DNA of 64,000 bases from Eledone cirrhosa (GCA_964016885.1 OZ024740.1:324632001-324696000); one strand, 5' to 3'; counted from the first letter of the stretch, positions 13,446 through 29,170 are shown. The notes: a model not told the origin generated them from the letters alone. Made by a program: numbers and translations.

Positions 13446-14262
13446 CTATATATATATATATATATTTATTTATATATATAAATAATTGTGTATGCATATG
13501 TATTCGTGTGTATATGTATGTATGTGGATTTATATATGTATGTTTGTATGTGTGTTTGTACGTTTCTCTTTTCCGTGTCTATATATCTTTAGTTTTGTTT
13601 CCACTCATACTCAATCACATCTTTTAAAAATATGTTTATATATATATATGTTTGTGTGTGTACGTGTGTATGTGTGTCTATGTGTGTATGTGCGTGTGTA
13701 TGTGAATGTGTGCATGTTTCTCCTTATCTGCTATATATGTGTGCACATACAGCTTTATAGGTATATATATATATACGTTTCGTGCATGCGTGTTTATATG
13801 TGTAAATATATGTTTATATCTGTAAATATGTTTCTTTTTTTACATGTCTGTATTTTCTGGTTGAGTTTTCTATGTTCAACTCCAACTGTGTTCTAGCTGT
13901 TTCTCACCCCATTTCAATGGCTTATCTACTAAACAATATGTGATCAGTATTGTTATGGCGAGACAATACTGATCACGAAGTGCCTGTAACACAAGCTGCA
14001 GACGCTATAGTAATACTATACAATACAGCAATAGTTAAATAGTCAATTTAGAACAAATGTCATTTTCGTGACGGTTAAAACTAAGTTAGACAGATACCAA
14101 TATATATATATATATATATTTAAAAGTTAAACAAGGTTCAATGAATACATCAAAGAATGTGTTTTACAATAGGTTGGAAGCACTCAACAGAAAAAAGGGT
14201 TTCCAGAGTTATTAATATTAATTTTAAAATATTAACAAAATAGATATTCTTGTGATCAAGTA

Positions 14263-14329
14263 TATTTTATTATACATATTTCAGAGGTACTGAGTTAAGT
14301 TCAACAGTACGTCCTCATCAGATAAAATA
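14263..14329 (-). ncRNA. Type I hammerhead ribozyme within a 14120-14335 unit
   Basis: Minus strand: 8-bp stem I UAUUUUAU/AUAAAAUA; CUGAUGA; stem II GUACUG/CAGUAC; GAAAU-augu-AUA. Confidence 0.8.
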
Positions 14330-14398
14330 AGATGATGCATTACATACCCTGACACACACATATATATATATATACATATATATATATGTGTATTTACA

Positions 14399-14438
<40 letters not shown>

Positions 14439-14468
14439 TAACATAAAAAAAAATATATATATACATAC

Positions 14469-14541
<73 letters not shown>

Positions 14542-14571
14542 TATCATATATATATATATATATACATATAT

Positions 14572-14623
<52 letters not shown>

Positions 14624-14914
14624 TATATAAATATATATAATAGTAATAAAACTCTAATTATAATAGCAGCAGCAGCAGCAATACTAATAATCATAATAAT
14701 AATTCTTTATATATATTTTATTTCAGATTTATTTTATTTTATTCGATAATGACAATAATAATGAGAATAAAGATAATAATAAAAATGATTTTTTTTTATT
14801 ATTGCAAAACATTGACCAACCAAAAGAAAATGTAAATTTAAAAATTCTGATTTGGATTTTTTTTTATTCTAGACTGTTGCTTGCTCTAGTTTCCATTTTA
14901 AAATTATGATGTTA

Positions 14915-15301
14915 TTAATGTTGGTGTTGTGGTTGTTGTTGAGGTTGTTGTTGTTGTTTTGTTGGTGGTGATGTGGTTGTTTTTGTTGTTGTTGGTAGTG
15001 TTGTTGTTGGTGGTGGTGTTGTTGTTGTTTTTGTTGTTGTTGTTGGTGGTGGTGGTGGTGTTTTTGTTGTTGTTGGTAGTGTTCTTGTTTTTGTTGTTGT
15101 TGTTGTTGTTGTTGTTGCTGGTAGTGGTGGTGTTGTTGTTTTTGTTGTTGTTGGTAGTGCTGTTGTTGTTGTTGTTGTTGTTGTTGTTGGTGGTGCTGTT
15201 TTTGTTGTTGTTGGTAGTGTTGTTGTTGTTGTTGTTGGTGGTGGTGGTGTTTTTGTTGTTGTTGGTAGTGTTGTTGTTGTTGTTGTTGTTGCTGGTAGTG
15301 C

Positions 15302-15350
<49 letters not shown>

Positions 15351-15441
15351 GGTGGTGGTGGTGGTGCTGTTTTTGTTGTTGTTGGTAGTGTTGTTGTTGT
15401 TGTTGTTGGTGGTGGTGTTGTTTTTGTTGTTGTTGGTAGTG

Positions 15442-15473
<32 letters not shown>

Positions 15474-16357
15474 GGTGTTGTTTTTGGTGTTGTTGAGGTA
15501 GTTGTTATTGTTGTTGTTGTTGTTGATGTTGTGTTGGTGGTGGTAGTCTTGGGAGTGGTGATGGTGGTGGCGCATTTTGGAGATGTTGATGTTGTGGTTA
15601 TTGCAGTTGTTGTTGATGTTGAGATTGTTTTGCTGTTGATGTTGTTGTTGATGCTGTGGTGCTGGTGGTGGTGTGGTAGTAGTGGGAGTGGTGATGATGC
15701 ATGTTTGAGATGTTGATATTGTTGTAGTGGTTGTTATTGCAGTTGTTGTTGTTGGTGGTGGTGTTAAGACATCTCTTTGTGTCTTTGATTTCTTTGATGA
15801 CGCTGACAATTGTGGTGGTGGGAGTGATAATGATGGTGATGATGATGGAGGTGTTGATGGAGTGGTGGTGGCGGCGGTGGTGGTGGTGGGAGTGATATGG
15901 TGGCGGAGTTGGTGGGTGATACTGAAGCTTACGGAGGAGGTGGTGATGGTGGTGGTGGTGGTGGTTGCGGTGGTTGTGGTGGCTGTGATATGATGATGTT
16001 GATGATAATGGTGTTGATGATGGCAATAATGATAATGATGATATTAACGATGATCATCATCATTATCATCATCAACATTACCACAATCATAATCATCATC
16101 ACATTATCACCATCCTCATAATCATCATCACCATCATCATTATCATCATCATAATCATACCACGAACACTATCACCAGCATCAATATCATTATCAGCACT
16201 GCCGCCACCGCCGCTACCACCACCATCATCACCACCACCACCACCAGCATCATCATGATCGTGATCATCATCCTGCCACCTCCATCACAATTACTCTATC
16301 ATCACCAACATCATCATCATCATCATCATCCTCATCATCATCATCATCATCATCATC
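14915..16357. repeat. Compound trinucleotide low-complexity region (GTT/GGT)n, then (CAT)n
   Basis: Pure triplet runs. The poly-N/T/L/V ORFs have no unique domain content. Confidence 0.9.
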
Positions 16358-19300
16358 CTTATTACTATTCCATAATATTCCATTTGCGATACAATTAAAT
16401 GTCTCAGAGGAGACCATTTCCGTTTCCTGTTGCCGTAAACGTCTACCCTTGTTAAACATGGAGTCAATTCTTCACTATATACCACTCACTGTTACAACAA
16501 TACTCAATACCATTTATGTATAACGTTTTCTTTCTGGTAGCGAAGTGGCAAAGTCGTTAGAGTGTCAGCTTTAAAATGCCTCGGTAATTGTCACAGCTTT
16601 TTACGATTTGAGCTCAAATCCCGTCAAGGTCAAATTTGCTTTCCAACCTTTCGAGTCGATAAATAAAGTACAAGTTTGGGTGTGGTGATGGATTAGCAGA
16701 ATTATTTAAGAGTTAACTCAGATGCTTTGTGACATATGTTCCGGCTCTGTGAGTTCTGACATCAAAATCATGCTATGCCCTGTTTGAGTAGAAGATATAT
16801 TCCATCATCCAGTATAACACTATTTACTTTCTCTAGAGTGACTTTAGTTTAGTCTACTCTATTGCAAACATTCGGTTCAGGTCCCCGGTTTCATGCTGCG
16901 TCGCTGTCTCACACCATCAACGGATTCCCTGAAAAGCGTCATTAGTCTTGACTTTTCCTTCTGACTAGGGACTAAAAAAACAACAGGTAGAATCGCTCTT
17001 GTATTATTGTGCATGTGACGTGACTAAGTCTTCTTCAGTGAGGTGTACTCTTAACGTAGTTCACTGACAGAGTCAGCATGACGCACAATGGTATAAGGCA
17101 CGCCCTTTGAATTACAATTACAACTAGATATTTTACCAGCTGAGTGGACTGAAGCAATGTGAAATAAAGTCTTTCTCAAAAGAAACAACACTGCACTGGG
17201 AATTGAACTCAGGGCCTTAATTACCAAACCACGCACCTTCCTTTGATACTAAATGTACGGAGAAAACATGACGTTTCTCTGGAAATCTGTCTTCTAGTTA
17301 TATAGAAGGTGTATATATATATGAGGTAAGATGGCGGTTTTGCTGTGTAGCTGTGTAGCAGTGTAGCTGTGTAGTAGTGTATCTGTTATGCAACAAGCTC
17401 ATTCAACTTGAACAGTAGTCAGCCATCTTGTCCAAGTGAACCACAGCGATGCCATTTATAGTGATTTCACAATTTTAATGGAAGTTGTTCCTGATATTCG
17501 TTTTGACAAGATTGTCCAGCACTCACCTTTACTTTAACTATTTCCAATATATCTTTCTCTTTTTTTCTTTATTTAGTGTAGCAAACGTAAGTTGTTCCCC
17601 ACCACCACAACCACCACTACTTCTTAACCGCCGCCAAACATCAAAGACATGTGATAAAGCATTTTATGCTTCCATAACCATGCCTCAATAATTTCCATTG
17701 ATATACTCAATAAATGTGTGTATTCAATATAACTGTATCGATACTCCAATATCCAAATGCTTCGTTGTGATCATGCCATGCTAACATGGAAAGTTTTCTT
17801 GATATATATGTATATATATATCTTCAAATGGTATCAATATATCTTGCAACTCATATATATTTCAATCACACTTGAATTGACAACTAACGTTAAATAAATA
17901 TTATATATTATATGTAACACATAAATAACACTTAAAATATATTTTCATCTGACTGCAATGAAAAAACTCTATTTTTGGTTATGTAAATCTAGCACAAACT
18001 ACAGGTGTATAATTTTTAACACTCACATGCACACTGACAGACAGACACACACACACAATACACACAGAGTATTTAATATGTTCCTCTCCCTCACCAACAT
18101 CATTTCCTTTTTATGGTGAACATTAATTTAAAATATAATAACCAAACTTGACATTCTTTATGCCTATTTACCTATAACAAAATATTTATAAGTTTGATCT
18201 TTTCTTTCCCAACATGTTTCTTAATAGGGAAACATTTCGTGGAAAGTGTCCATGCATGTTCCTGTTCCATTTTTTAATGTATCGAATGACATCAGACATG
18301 TGACCACTGTGTAGTTAATATATCAGACCTTTAAATATGGGGAGAGGGGGGGGGGGGTCATAAGTTTATGTCTCAGTCCATTCATTCATGTGTCTCTGTC
18401 CAAGGCGTTTCTATCTTGTTATAGAACTAAACAATTTGAATTTAGAATGTACAGCTGATATATTTAAAGCGGTTGATCTCAGTTGCTATTTCTCGATAAG
18501 AAAACTCAAGGAATCGATTGAACATTTCGGCCAAAGCCTGAACTTTTTATAAGAAATGAAAATATATAAAATAACACATTAAAACACATCTTGCTTATAA
18601 AAGATTGATTCATATATAATTATTTTTTATTGTCCATCTATTTTAAATTCTCTTTACTAATTTATTTAATTACTTACATTTTTTGTACATGCTTGGGGTT
18701 CGATGAAGGGGTCATAGATTCCATGAAGGGAATATTGGTTTCAAACCTTCGAGAGCCCTGATGTATAGAGATAAACCAAAATAGTTTAATACCTTTAGTC
18801 CGACATTGTAGAATGTTTAGAAATATCACAAACCTTGTCTCACCAAATGTTTGTTGTCGTTTCGTGTCATAAAGTTAATCCATTTTCCCTTATTGAGTGT
18901 TTTCTGATATTTTGATGAGTCTTCCAGTTGTTTGATAAATGCAGAAGCATACTCATGAATCAACGAGTAAGTGGCTGAGCATTCCACAAACATTCATACC
19001 CTTAACCTAATTCTCAGCGAGATTCAGCATCACACAGAATGTGATAAGCTAGTAGTTTAATTACTGGTACAGTTAATCTAATGAGCTTTCCAAACACTTT
19101 CCGTCAACCTCAGTTCACTCAGAAGGCATGGGTCCATCCGGGGCAATGATAAGCGACATATACCCAATACACCACGTAGTGGGATTAAACCCGAGACCTA
19201 ATCTTTGTAGAGCAAACACCTTCACCATACAAGAATACTGCATCCATACATGCAATTATACTTTGCCTAGTCATACAAAATTATAGGCTTCGAGCTATGT

Positions 19301-20590
19301 GACATTGCCAATGGAATTTCTGGGTTGAAACGAGTGGAATAGAATGGAATGGAATGGACCACCGCCGGTTTCAATGATAGGCTATCCAGTTGCTTAATCA
19401 ATGAAGCAGCGTTCTTGGGGATTACACGTGAAAGTCGCTAATCATGCCACAGAGATATGTGCCATTAATATAATTCTCAGAGAGACTCAGCGTGACAGAT
19501 TGTGTGAGAAGGTTTGCCCTTTGAACTACAAGTACAGTTCATTTAGAGTTAACGAGTATGTGGCTGACTATTCTACAGACGCGTGTACCCTTGTCATAAT
19601 TATCTGAGAGAGAGAGAGGCAGCGTGACATAATGTACTTCAAGACTGGCTCTTTGAATTACATTTACAATCCTTTTGATTGGTTTTCAAACAATTTCCGT
19701 CAACAGAATTTCACTGACAATGACCCAAGGCTATAGAAAATGATATTTTCCAAAAATTGTGAAGCAAACCTATTAACTATTGGGCCATGCTGTGTCTATC
19801 AGATAAAACGGTGAGGTTTTTAAAGCATCAGGCATGGGAATGATGTAACTGCATATGGATAAATCTGGCGCACTGGTAACTAGTACTTACTTACTCGTAC
19901 TTGTAATGGCATCAACAGAAAATGGGTTGAGTCAGCTCCAAACAGTACATACACAGTATCGGGAACACAGGCCAGTCATGCACGACAAACGCAGACATCC
20001 GGTATAGATATTATCAGCCAGTCACTATTCAATAGTGGACACCATATTAACGAGGATCAGATATTAGCTCAAGATCCGATTTTATTGAGCAGATTCGAAT
20101 TCTTAACTATCCAAACCGTGTCAACACCATCAAGGAAGTTTCTCAAGGGTGGTTGCAGTGTAAATGAGATGTGTTCATCTTTAAGCGATTGATTGTATGA
20201 CAAAACAATTCGTGGTACCTTTTGAGTAGGAGTTGTTGGATGGAAATAATTTGACAGCGACGACGAATTTCGGTAGCTAGGGTGCAATGTAAAGAATATT
20301 TAGTGCTTACCATTCGTGTGTCTGTCTGCAATTGCTATCAGTGAAACTGGCAAGATGCCAAAGGAAATATATAATCTGGAGAGAAAATATAATCCATTGT
20401 AGCTATGCAACGGTTCTTTTGAAAATGAAATAAACAAATGCATAATAAAGTGCATGTAGAAGGGGTATTTATTTATACAGTAAGTTATACACATAGGTAG
20501 GTGGATCTCATTGTAGAATAACTAGATAGAAGACGGAGTAGAAGGGAGCAGAGATAGATAGAGATAGATGAAATGGTGAGATTTGGGAGA

Positions 20591-20704
<114 letters not shown>

Positions 20705-21025
20705 AGATGTGCCCAACAGATTCATATGTCCGTTTGAATATGTGTGTATGTGAGTTTGTGAGTGTGTGTTTGTGTGTGTGTGTGTATGTCTGCGTCTGTG
20801 TGTGTGTGTGTGTGTGTGTGTTAAGAAGGGTAGAGAAAGACAATGAAAGGTAGTGAAGAACAAAGAGTCACACATATGCATGTACATATATAAACATACA
20901 TATATATAGACACAGATAAATACTTACCGACATACATTTATATATACGTACATGTATAATATATAAATATATATATATGTGTGTGTGTTTGAGAGAGCGA
21001 CAGTGTGTGCGTGTGCATATATGTG

Positions 21026-21106
<81 letters not shown>

Positions 21107-21335
21107 ATAATAATAAATTTGAAGACTAAAATCCAAAGAGGGCTCGATAAGGATAAATATATATCAAATATATAAGAACCGTAGAGCAAATATTTATTAA
21201 AACAACAGATTAAAGTTTAAGCAAAGAATCGCTGCTCTCACCCTTAACAGAAGATCCCGTTATGGGTGAAAGCAGCGATTCTTTGCTTAAACTTTAATCT
21301 GTTATTTTAATAAATATATATATATATATATATAT

Positions 21336-21370
<35 letters not shown>

Positions 21371-21373
<3 letters not shown>

Positions 21374-21563
21374 CGAAGGAGATGTGGTAAGGAACCAGGT
21401 GGAACCTAACGCACCAAAGTACTCAATACTTAGGGTAGTAGAGTGGGTAATAGGAACGAGTAGAACCCCGACGGCTGAGCTCAAGCCGTTTCGACGGCTA
21501 ATTCTGGTCCAGAATTAGCCGTCGAAACGGCTTGAGCTCAGCCGTCGGGGTCCTACTCGTTCC

Positions 21564-21565
<2 letters not shown>
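21371..21565 (-). mobile_element. Family B fold-back unit
   Basis: Palindrome centred on aattctggtccagaatt, with (TA)n on both sides. Confidence 0.85.
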
Positions 21566-21596
<31 letters not shown>

Positions 21597-21861
21597 CTGA
21601 AAAAATGGGGAGAAGAATACTGCAGGTTGCACATGGATAACATGTTATAAAATGAGTCCCTCATCAGTGATTTGCCAACGATCATAGATATTTCATTGCA
21701 TTAAAAATCATATAGCTCACGTTGGTGCAATAATAACTAAATTAAGTTATTAGGACAATTAAAACGCGTAAAGCGAGTGTGACAAGTAAACAACAAAGAG
21801 GAAAGCTAACCGTAGATAGGAAGGGAACAAGCTACATAGTTATTCTGTTAGCATAAGCTAG

Positions 21862-22035
21862 GTGAATATATGTGTATGTATGTATGTGTGTATGTATATC
21901 TGAATGTATGAACGTATGTATGTATGTGTATGTATGTATTTGTGTATGTATGTATTTATGTATGTATGTATTATGTATATATGTATGTATGCATAAATGC
22001 ATGCATGTATGTATATATATGTGTGTGTGTATGTA

Positions 22036-22077
<42 letters not shown>

Positions 22078-22330
22078 CATATAGAGATATAGTTAAATAG
22101 ATATACACACATATATAAATATATATATATATATAAATATAAATATATATGTATATATATATACATATATACATATATACATACACACACACATATATAT
22201 ACATACATGCATGCATTTATGCATACATACATATATACATAATACATACATACATAAATACATACATACACAAATACATACATACATATACATACATACG
22301 TTCATACATTCAGATATACATACATACATA
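21862..22330. repeat. Inverted duplication of CATA-rich sequence around a TA-rich core
   Basis: Distinctive words tatatctgaatgtatgaacgtatg and gcataaatgcatgcatg reappear reverse-complemented at about 22205-22320. Confidence 0.8.
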
Positions 22331-22484
22331 CATACATACATACATACATACATACATACATACATACATACATACATACACACATACATACATACACACA
22401 TATTTACATGCATATACATACATACATATCTACACACATACATACAAACATATACATACATACCTACATACACACATACATACA

Positions 22485-22520
<36 letters not shown>

Positions 22521-22629
22521 TATACATACTTACATGATGATGGCTGCCCCCTCGTTATCGAGTATGGCCATTGCACGAGGAGAAAAAAAAATAAATAAAT
22601 AAAAAATAAAATAAAATAAAAAAAAAGAA

Positions 22630-22743
<114 letters not shown>

Positions 22744-22750
22744 TAATAAC

Positions 22751-22794
<44 letters not shown>

Positions 22795-23281
22795 CAATAA
22801 TAATAACGACAACATACATACATATATATATAGAGAGACACAGACACATTATAGGAAGTAAACCTAACCGATAGTACTTAGTTATTTAACAGGTCAGAAA
22901 TGGCTGCTATTGTGTATCTCCAAATAAATCACTTCACTTCTACTATTGTTTACATGTATATTTGTTCTTTAAATGATTCTCTGTTTAGAAAGATGCATAT
23001 GTGCAAGCCTGAATGTCAAAAATGCATTACTGCATTACTAGAATGCATTTTATTCTGTCACGTTAAAGTGCAGTGCAGTGGGGTTGTTTTAATTTTTGGG
23101 AACTTTATGTCAGCTCTCTTTTATGTATGTATGTATGTATGTATGTATGTATGTATGTATGTATGTATGTATGTATGTATGTTTGTATGTAATTGTGTGC
23201 ATATGTATGTATAGTTGTATATATGTATATTTGTGTGTATGTATGTGCGTATGAATGTATGTATGTGTCTATGTATGTATG

Positions 23282-23363
<82 letters not shown>

Positions 23364-23379
23364 TGTATATATCTGTGTG

Positions 23380-23417
<38 letters not shown>

Positions 23418-24168
23418 TATAAGTATGTATATATATGCGTGTATGTATGTATGTATCATATGTTATATATGAAGTAAAAGTCTATTAGACTGCACTGATT
23501 TACGTACATATTCCATGTATCCATCTACACACACACACACATACACACACTTATATATATATACATATATTTAAATATGCATGTGTGAGTGTGTGTGTAT
23601 GTATATGTATATTGGTTAATGCTATACTGCGGCTACAACTTCGATTTATGCCTATTATTATTGTTATTATTCTCATAGTTTCATATATTTGATTGATAAC
23701 ATGTTAGTTATTTTTCGTTTATAAACACTAGTTAAAAGCTTTTATTTGTGGCTGTGGAAATCTCTTTGTTCACACCCTGAATTTACTCGCCAACAGTTCG
23801 GCCAAATAGACCTTCCTCTTGTGAGAAAAGTCACGTGATGACAGCCAAATTTACTACTACGGTAGAAAGCCTCACTGTCATCAGACGGAACCACGTTGGA
23901 TAATACGGAAGGAAGGCCTTCCGACGAAGGGACCTTCCAGTTCCATCGTGAAAATGCATGTATGACTTGCATATACATTATGCAACGCGTGGTGGTATAA
24001 ATATGGCCTTATGCATTTGGTTGCTTTTCTTGGTGTCGCAATTTCTTAACTTTGTGTTTACTCTCGACGAAAATGTATTAAGTTTTCGGACCAGTGAGTG
24101 CTTTGTGACTGCCTCAAACAATTCTATTGGTATCTGCTATACTGCGGCTACAACGTATACGTTTTATA

Positions 24169-24232
<64 letters not shown>

Positions 24233-24643
24233 AAATTTAGTACAGCATCAACGAAGCCATGGTTGCAGCCAAGCTAACGAATGCAGTTTTGGTGTGCAGC
24301 TAAGCACTCGAATACGGTATATAACCCTAGAGTTATAACATTACATTTAGACAGCTTTACAAAATGAAGACAGCGACCGATAGAAGGGCCGCAGTGACCA
24401 TAGCCACGAAAAAGACTGAACTCAGGAAAAATTTGACTAATCTGGACCATCACGTCGACATCATACATAACACATAATACATATAATATATACCATATAA
24501 CATACATCACATGTAATCCACAATATCTCCGCTAGGTTTCTGTAAATCCGAAATCAACAAAATCCACTTGCAGGGGTCTGCAAGTTAATGGCTTTTGAAG
24601 ATAGAACAATGGAGTTTTACTTTGTCAACAAGTTTTTCGTTCT

Positions 24644-24688
<45 letters not shown>

Positions 24689-25141
24689 ATGTATATATAT
24701 AATATATGTATATATAAATGTTTACTATAATACATGAAGGTCTGTATTATAGTGTAAATATAGTATCTAGTATGTAATACCAGCAATATTACAAATTGAG
24801 TCACCCTGATTACATTTAGAATTTCACGTGTTTATGGAATACTCTGGAATCGGAAGTTAAGTTGATCGGACATCTAAAAGATCCCCGTCGAAATCGACCG
24901 AGGATCCATCAGTCATGCTTTATGCATGTTTGGTTATATTTAATTATCAGTGTGGTGTTGTGCTAGAAGCGATATATTGTGTTTAAGGTATACAAGTGTT
25001 TGGTCACGATTTACCCTGTAACGCACCAACTCACCTAGCTGTCGGCAATATCTGCCTAATATTCTGCATAAAATCAATGGGGCTCATATATGAACGACTC
25101 TAACCTGGGTTAAATATTCGTAGAGCATCGGGTGGAATATC

Positions 25142-25218
<77 letters not shown>

Positions 25219-25219
25219 T

Positions 25220-25295
25220 TACACGTTTTTATTGTATGTAAACTTCCCCCTTTGTATTTGTCCCCTTCTTTTGTGCCCCTGTGGCTAATAAAGAA
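25220..25295 (+). mobile_element. 3' terminus of a Tx1-like LINE in (TCTA)n
   Basis: ccccctttgtatttgtccccttcttttgtgcccctgtggctaataaagaa matches the 3' end of the LINE at 46829-48620. (TCTA)n lies on both sides. Confidence 0.8.
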
Positions 25296-25298
25296 ATA

Positions 25299-25343
<45 letters not shown>

Positions 25344-25422
25344 CTTTCTCCCCCTCTCTCTTTCTTTCTCTCTCTCTCTCTCCCACTCATTCACTCTATC
25401 ATTCTTTCTGTCTCCCCCCCCC

Positions 25423-25451
<29 letters not shown>

Positions 25452-25453
<2 letters not shown>

Positions 25454-25867
25454 AAGAATTCGAAGTTTGAAAGCCACGACAGTGCGTGTTTGGACGGGAA
25501 TTAATTAAATCGTGAGAAACAGGGGCTGTTTTTTTACCTTAATTTATTCATAGGTCCTGATATTTCGAGATTAATATCTCTTCTTCCGAGGAAAATAAAG
25601 GAACTATTCCAGTGTCCGATATGGATTGCTATACGATGTATGGTACAGCAAGCCACATCGGTCACTGGAATAGTTCCTTTATTTTATTTTATTCAGAAGA
25701 AGAGATATTAATCTCGAAATATCAGGAGATATGAATGAATTAAGGTAGAAAAACAGCCCTTGTTTCTTACGATTTAATTAAATTACGTCCAAACCCGCAC
25801 TGTCGTGGCTTTCAAACTTCGAATTCTTTATATCATATACAATGCTTCAAGTAAACTACAAATACTT
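25452..25867 (+). mobile_element. Family E fold-back unit with hammerhead-like motif
   Basis: About 180-bp inverted arms (25452-25633 and 25637-25830). CAGAAGA-aGAGA-uauuaa-UCUC-GAAAUAUC-agga-GAUAU at 25694-25732, but position 17 is G, so it may be inactive. Confidence 0.7.
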
Positions 25868-26117
25868 ATATATATAAATGAGTTCTTTTTTTTTTATGAA
25901 AAAAGAAAAGAAAAGAAAAAGAGATGTCCTGCACGAGTGAAAGTATGCAAACTGGAGTCTTTTTAACAATATTTATTTGTCTCATTTACCGGTTTCACAG
26001 TTCTTATGCTTTTCAAAAGTAGAATTGAGATGGAGGCTTTGTGGTTTTTCTCGCATATATATATATCACATACATTTATATCTAAGTCTAAAATAGAGAT
26101 CGTGTGTGTGTGTAAAA

Positions 26118-26155
<38 letters not shown>

Positions 26156-26179
26156 TTGGTGCTCTGGAATAGCGATATA

Positions 26180-26535
26180 TATATGAATGTATATATAGTG
26201 TATTTTGCAATACACTGTATGCTTAATTAAAAGCATTTCGAAGACCTTACGCTATTGTTTTAGAGTAGTGACAGTCTCACTTACTTTAAATTTTCAGCAA
26301 ACAGAGGAGATAAAGCAGACAGAGCTCTGTTTCGTACTTTTTCGTACTTATCAAAGCTAACTACTCTACCAGTTTGCTGAAAAACAGAGCTCTGTCAGCT
26401 TTATCTCCCCTATTTGCTGAAAATTTGAAGTAAGTGAGACTGTCACTACTCTAAAACAATAGCGTAAGATCTTCGAAATGCTTTTAATTAAGCATACAGT
26501 GTATTGCAAAATACACTGTATATACATTCATATAT
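26180..26535 (-). mobile_element. Family F fold-back unit
   Basis: About 150-bp near-perfect inverted arms. The right arm begins at the GAAA position of the hammerhead. Confidence 0.85.
26314..26359 (-). ncRNA. Type I hammerhead ribozyme, U3-A8 core variant (family F)
   Basis: Minus strand: agcu-UUGAUAA-aGUAC-gaaaaa-GUAC-GAAACAG-agcu-CUGUC-(u/a)gcu. Confidence 0.7.
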
Positions 26536-27072
26536 ATATATATATTTATATATATTCTGAGAGAGAGTGTGAGAGATCGATAGATTGATAGATAGACAGA
26601 CAGACAGATACCCTCCCCAGGCTTCGCCACAGCTGGCTTTTCCTCAGGTAAATAGAAAGTGAAGAGAACAATTACTGGACTTGTACACTATTTATCGGTT
26701 CCGGAATGGCTGAAAGGCAAAAATATCTTAGGTGGAATCTGAACTCAAAGAACAGTGCACCGTAAACAACAGCCGCAGAGGATTCTCTCGAAGGTTCTTA
26801 CGACTCTGCCAATCCACCGCCTACATACCAGCTATATATGGTTTCCAAAACGCACACTCTCAATAAACATATTACACAGATATTAACACATATTTATATA
26901 GAGATTCACACAGATTAGAGGTGCCATTGATAGAAACAAATATGATATTACACAACTATCACAACACAACATCTATAAACACAGCTGCTATCAGCCTATC
27001 TATAACTCTATAACCTGCCTGGGCGGAGGGGTATGTAGATAGCTTAATCATATATACACACACATATATATA

Positions 27073-27107
<35 letters not shown>

Positions 27108-27110
27108 TCT

Positions 27111-27166
<56 letters not shown>

Positions 27167-27662
27167 AAAGAATAGAGGTGTAACACACAAGTTATTATAT
27201 ATTGGTAAACGGAATAGAAAATGCTGACAAATTGTTCACAGTTGAAAAATGGTTTAATTAGGAATAAAAGAGTATTAGTGATTGTATGGGTTAGTATTCA
27301 GTTGTGGTTTTAAGTTTTTAAGTTTTTACCGGTTGCGCATTTCTAAATGCTTTTCAAAAATAATATTGAGATAGAGTGTCCGTGCTGTTTGCTCTGATCT
27401 GATTAGTTTTGGGAATTCTACCTGTTTTTATGTTAAAAATGTGGCTCCAATTTGCAAAAATTCTTGTGGTCAAAACAATTTTGATTGGTCGGTAGAGGTC
27501 ATGTGAATGTAAAAAATTGATTTTGCGCCAAGACTGTTTTTATGTTAAAAAAGTGGCTCCAGCAAAAATTCTTGTGGTCAAAACAATTTTGATTGGTCGG
27601 TAGAGGTCATGTGAATAAAAAATTGGTTTTGCGCCAAGATTGAGAAATGACTCTTTCACACC

Positions 27663-28778
27663 CTCTACACTAAAGTCCCAAACAAATTTGGAAACACCCT
27701 CCACTTACACATTGAAAGGAACTGGAAGCGATATCTAGATGACTGCTTCATCCTTTGGCACGAAAACATCGAAAAACTTAAAGAATTTCACACCCTTATA
27801 AATGGGCTCAACACAAATATTAACTTCACGATGGAATACAGCCATCAACAACTCCCCTTCCTCGACATCCTCATTAAGATCCATAACAAAAAAATAGAAA
27901 CAGACATATACTACAAGCCCACAGACTCCAAGCAATATCTCCCCTTCAACTCTTGCCACCCTAGACACGTTAAAATTAATATTCCCTACAACTTAGCCAA
28001 GAGAATCTGTACTATAGTCGCCAATAAAAACATCTGCTACTTACGGCTACAAGAACTAAAGGACACACTCATAGGCAGGGACTACCCTGCATCACTAATT
28101 GACAATGGAAGCCAACGTGCCCAGGACCTTAGACACCCTAAAGTAAATCAACCAAAACTAAAAGCTCTTCCATACATCTCCACACACAACCCCCTCAACA
28201 ATGAGGCCTTTGACACCATCCTCCAGAACATCCCTGTATTGAAAAAGGACCATAGAATGAACCAAATTCTACGAACACACGATATCATAAAGAGCAAAAG
28301 ACAATCCAAGTCAATGAAAAACATCTTAACACATGCCAAAGTACTGCCAACCACAACAACGAAACCCACAGTAAAAAAATGCGATAGACCCAACTGTGGC
28401 ATTTGCATCAACCTAATAGAGGGTTCGGAATTCTATTTCAAAGATGGACAACGTTTTATAGTAAAACACAATTTCACATGTGCATCGGAAAATCTAATAT
28501 ATGTATTAACTTGTTCAGGTTGTCGAGAACAATACATAGGCCAGACCAAAAACAGCCTCCGCCAACGCATGACTGTCCATAGATCCCAAATCAAAATACG
28601 GGAATACAGGAAAATACCACTGAGTGAACACATTGATACCTGTGCCGCCCAAAATCATCCCAACTTCAGAATCTTTCCCCTCTACAAATTTAAAGATAAT
28701 GCCACCCACACCCAGCGCATCAGCAAGGAATCTTACTTCATTAACAAATACGGACCCCGTCTAAACACTTCTCCCTAA
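27663..28778 (+). pseudogene. PLE reverse transcriptase C-terminus and GIY-YIG endonuclease (5'-truncated, frame open)
   Basis: WKRYLDDCFILW is in frame upstream of the called ORF. It is followed by LPFLD, YYKPT..QYLPFNSCHP, a CDRPNCGIC Cys linker and NLIYVLTCSGCREQYIGQT...LRQRMTVH. Confidence 0.92.
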
Positions 28779-28918
28779 GACGAACCCACAACATACACAC
28801 GTCAACATACATACCTACATCAGCACACATCTCTACCCACATATAAACACAATGACATACGTAAACACACATGCTCTATGGTGCAACACAAAAAAATATA
28901 AGTGCATATATGTATGTA

Positions 28919-28982
<64 letters not shown>

Positions 28983-29125
28983 ATATATGTATTTGTATAT
29001 ATATATAGTGAATATCATTTCACACCTTTTTATGTTAAGATTTTTGATGTTCTATTAAGAGAACCGATTTTACTGAAAAAATCGAATAATGTACACCATT
29101 TTACCAGGGGGAAAAAAATACTGGT

Positions 29126-29170
<45 letters not shown>

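Noticed and set aside
14904-16121. Poly-Asn/Thr/His ORFs up to 301 aa
   Set aside because: Trinucleotide low-complexity sequence, open on both strands, with no domain or splice evidence.
22534-22582. HDV-like ribozyme suggested by ctcctcgtg on the minus strand
   Set aside because: No P1/P2 pairing could be built, and the upstream sequence is poly-T.
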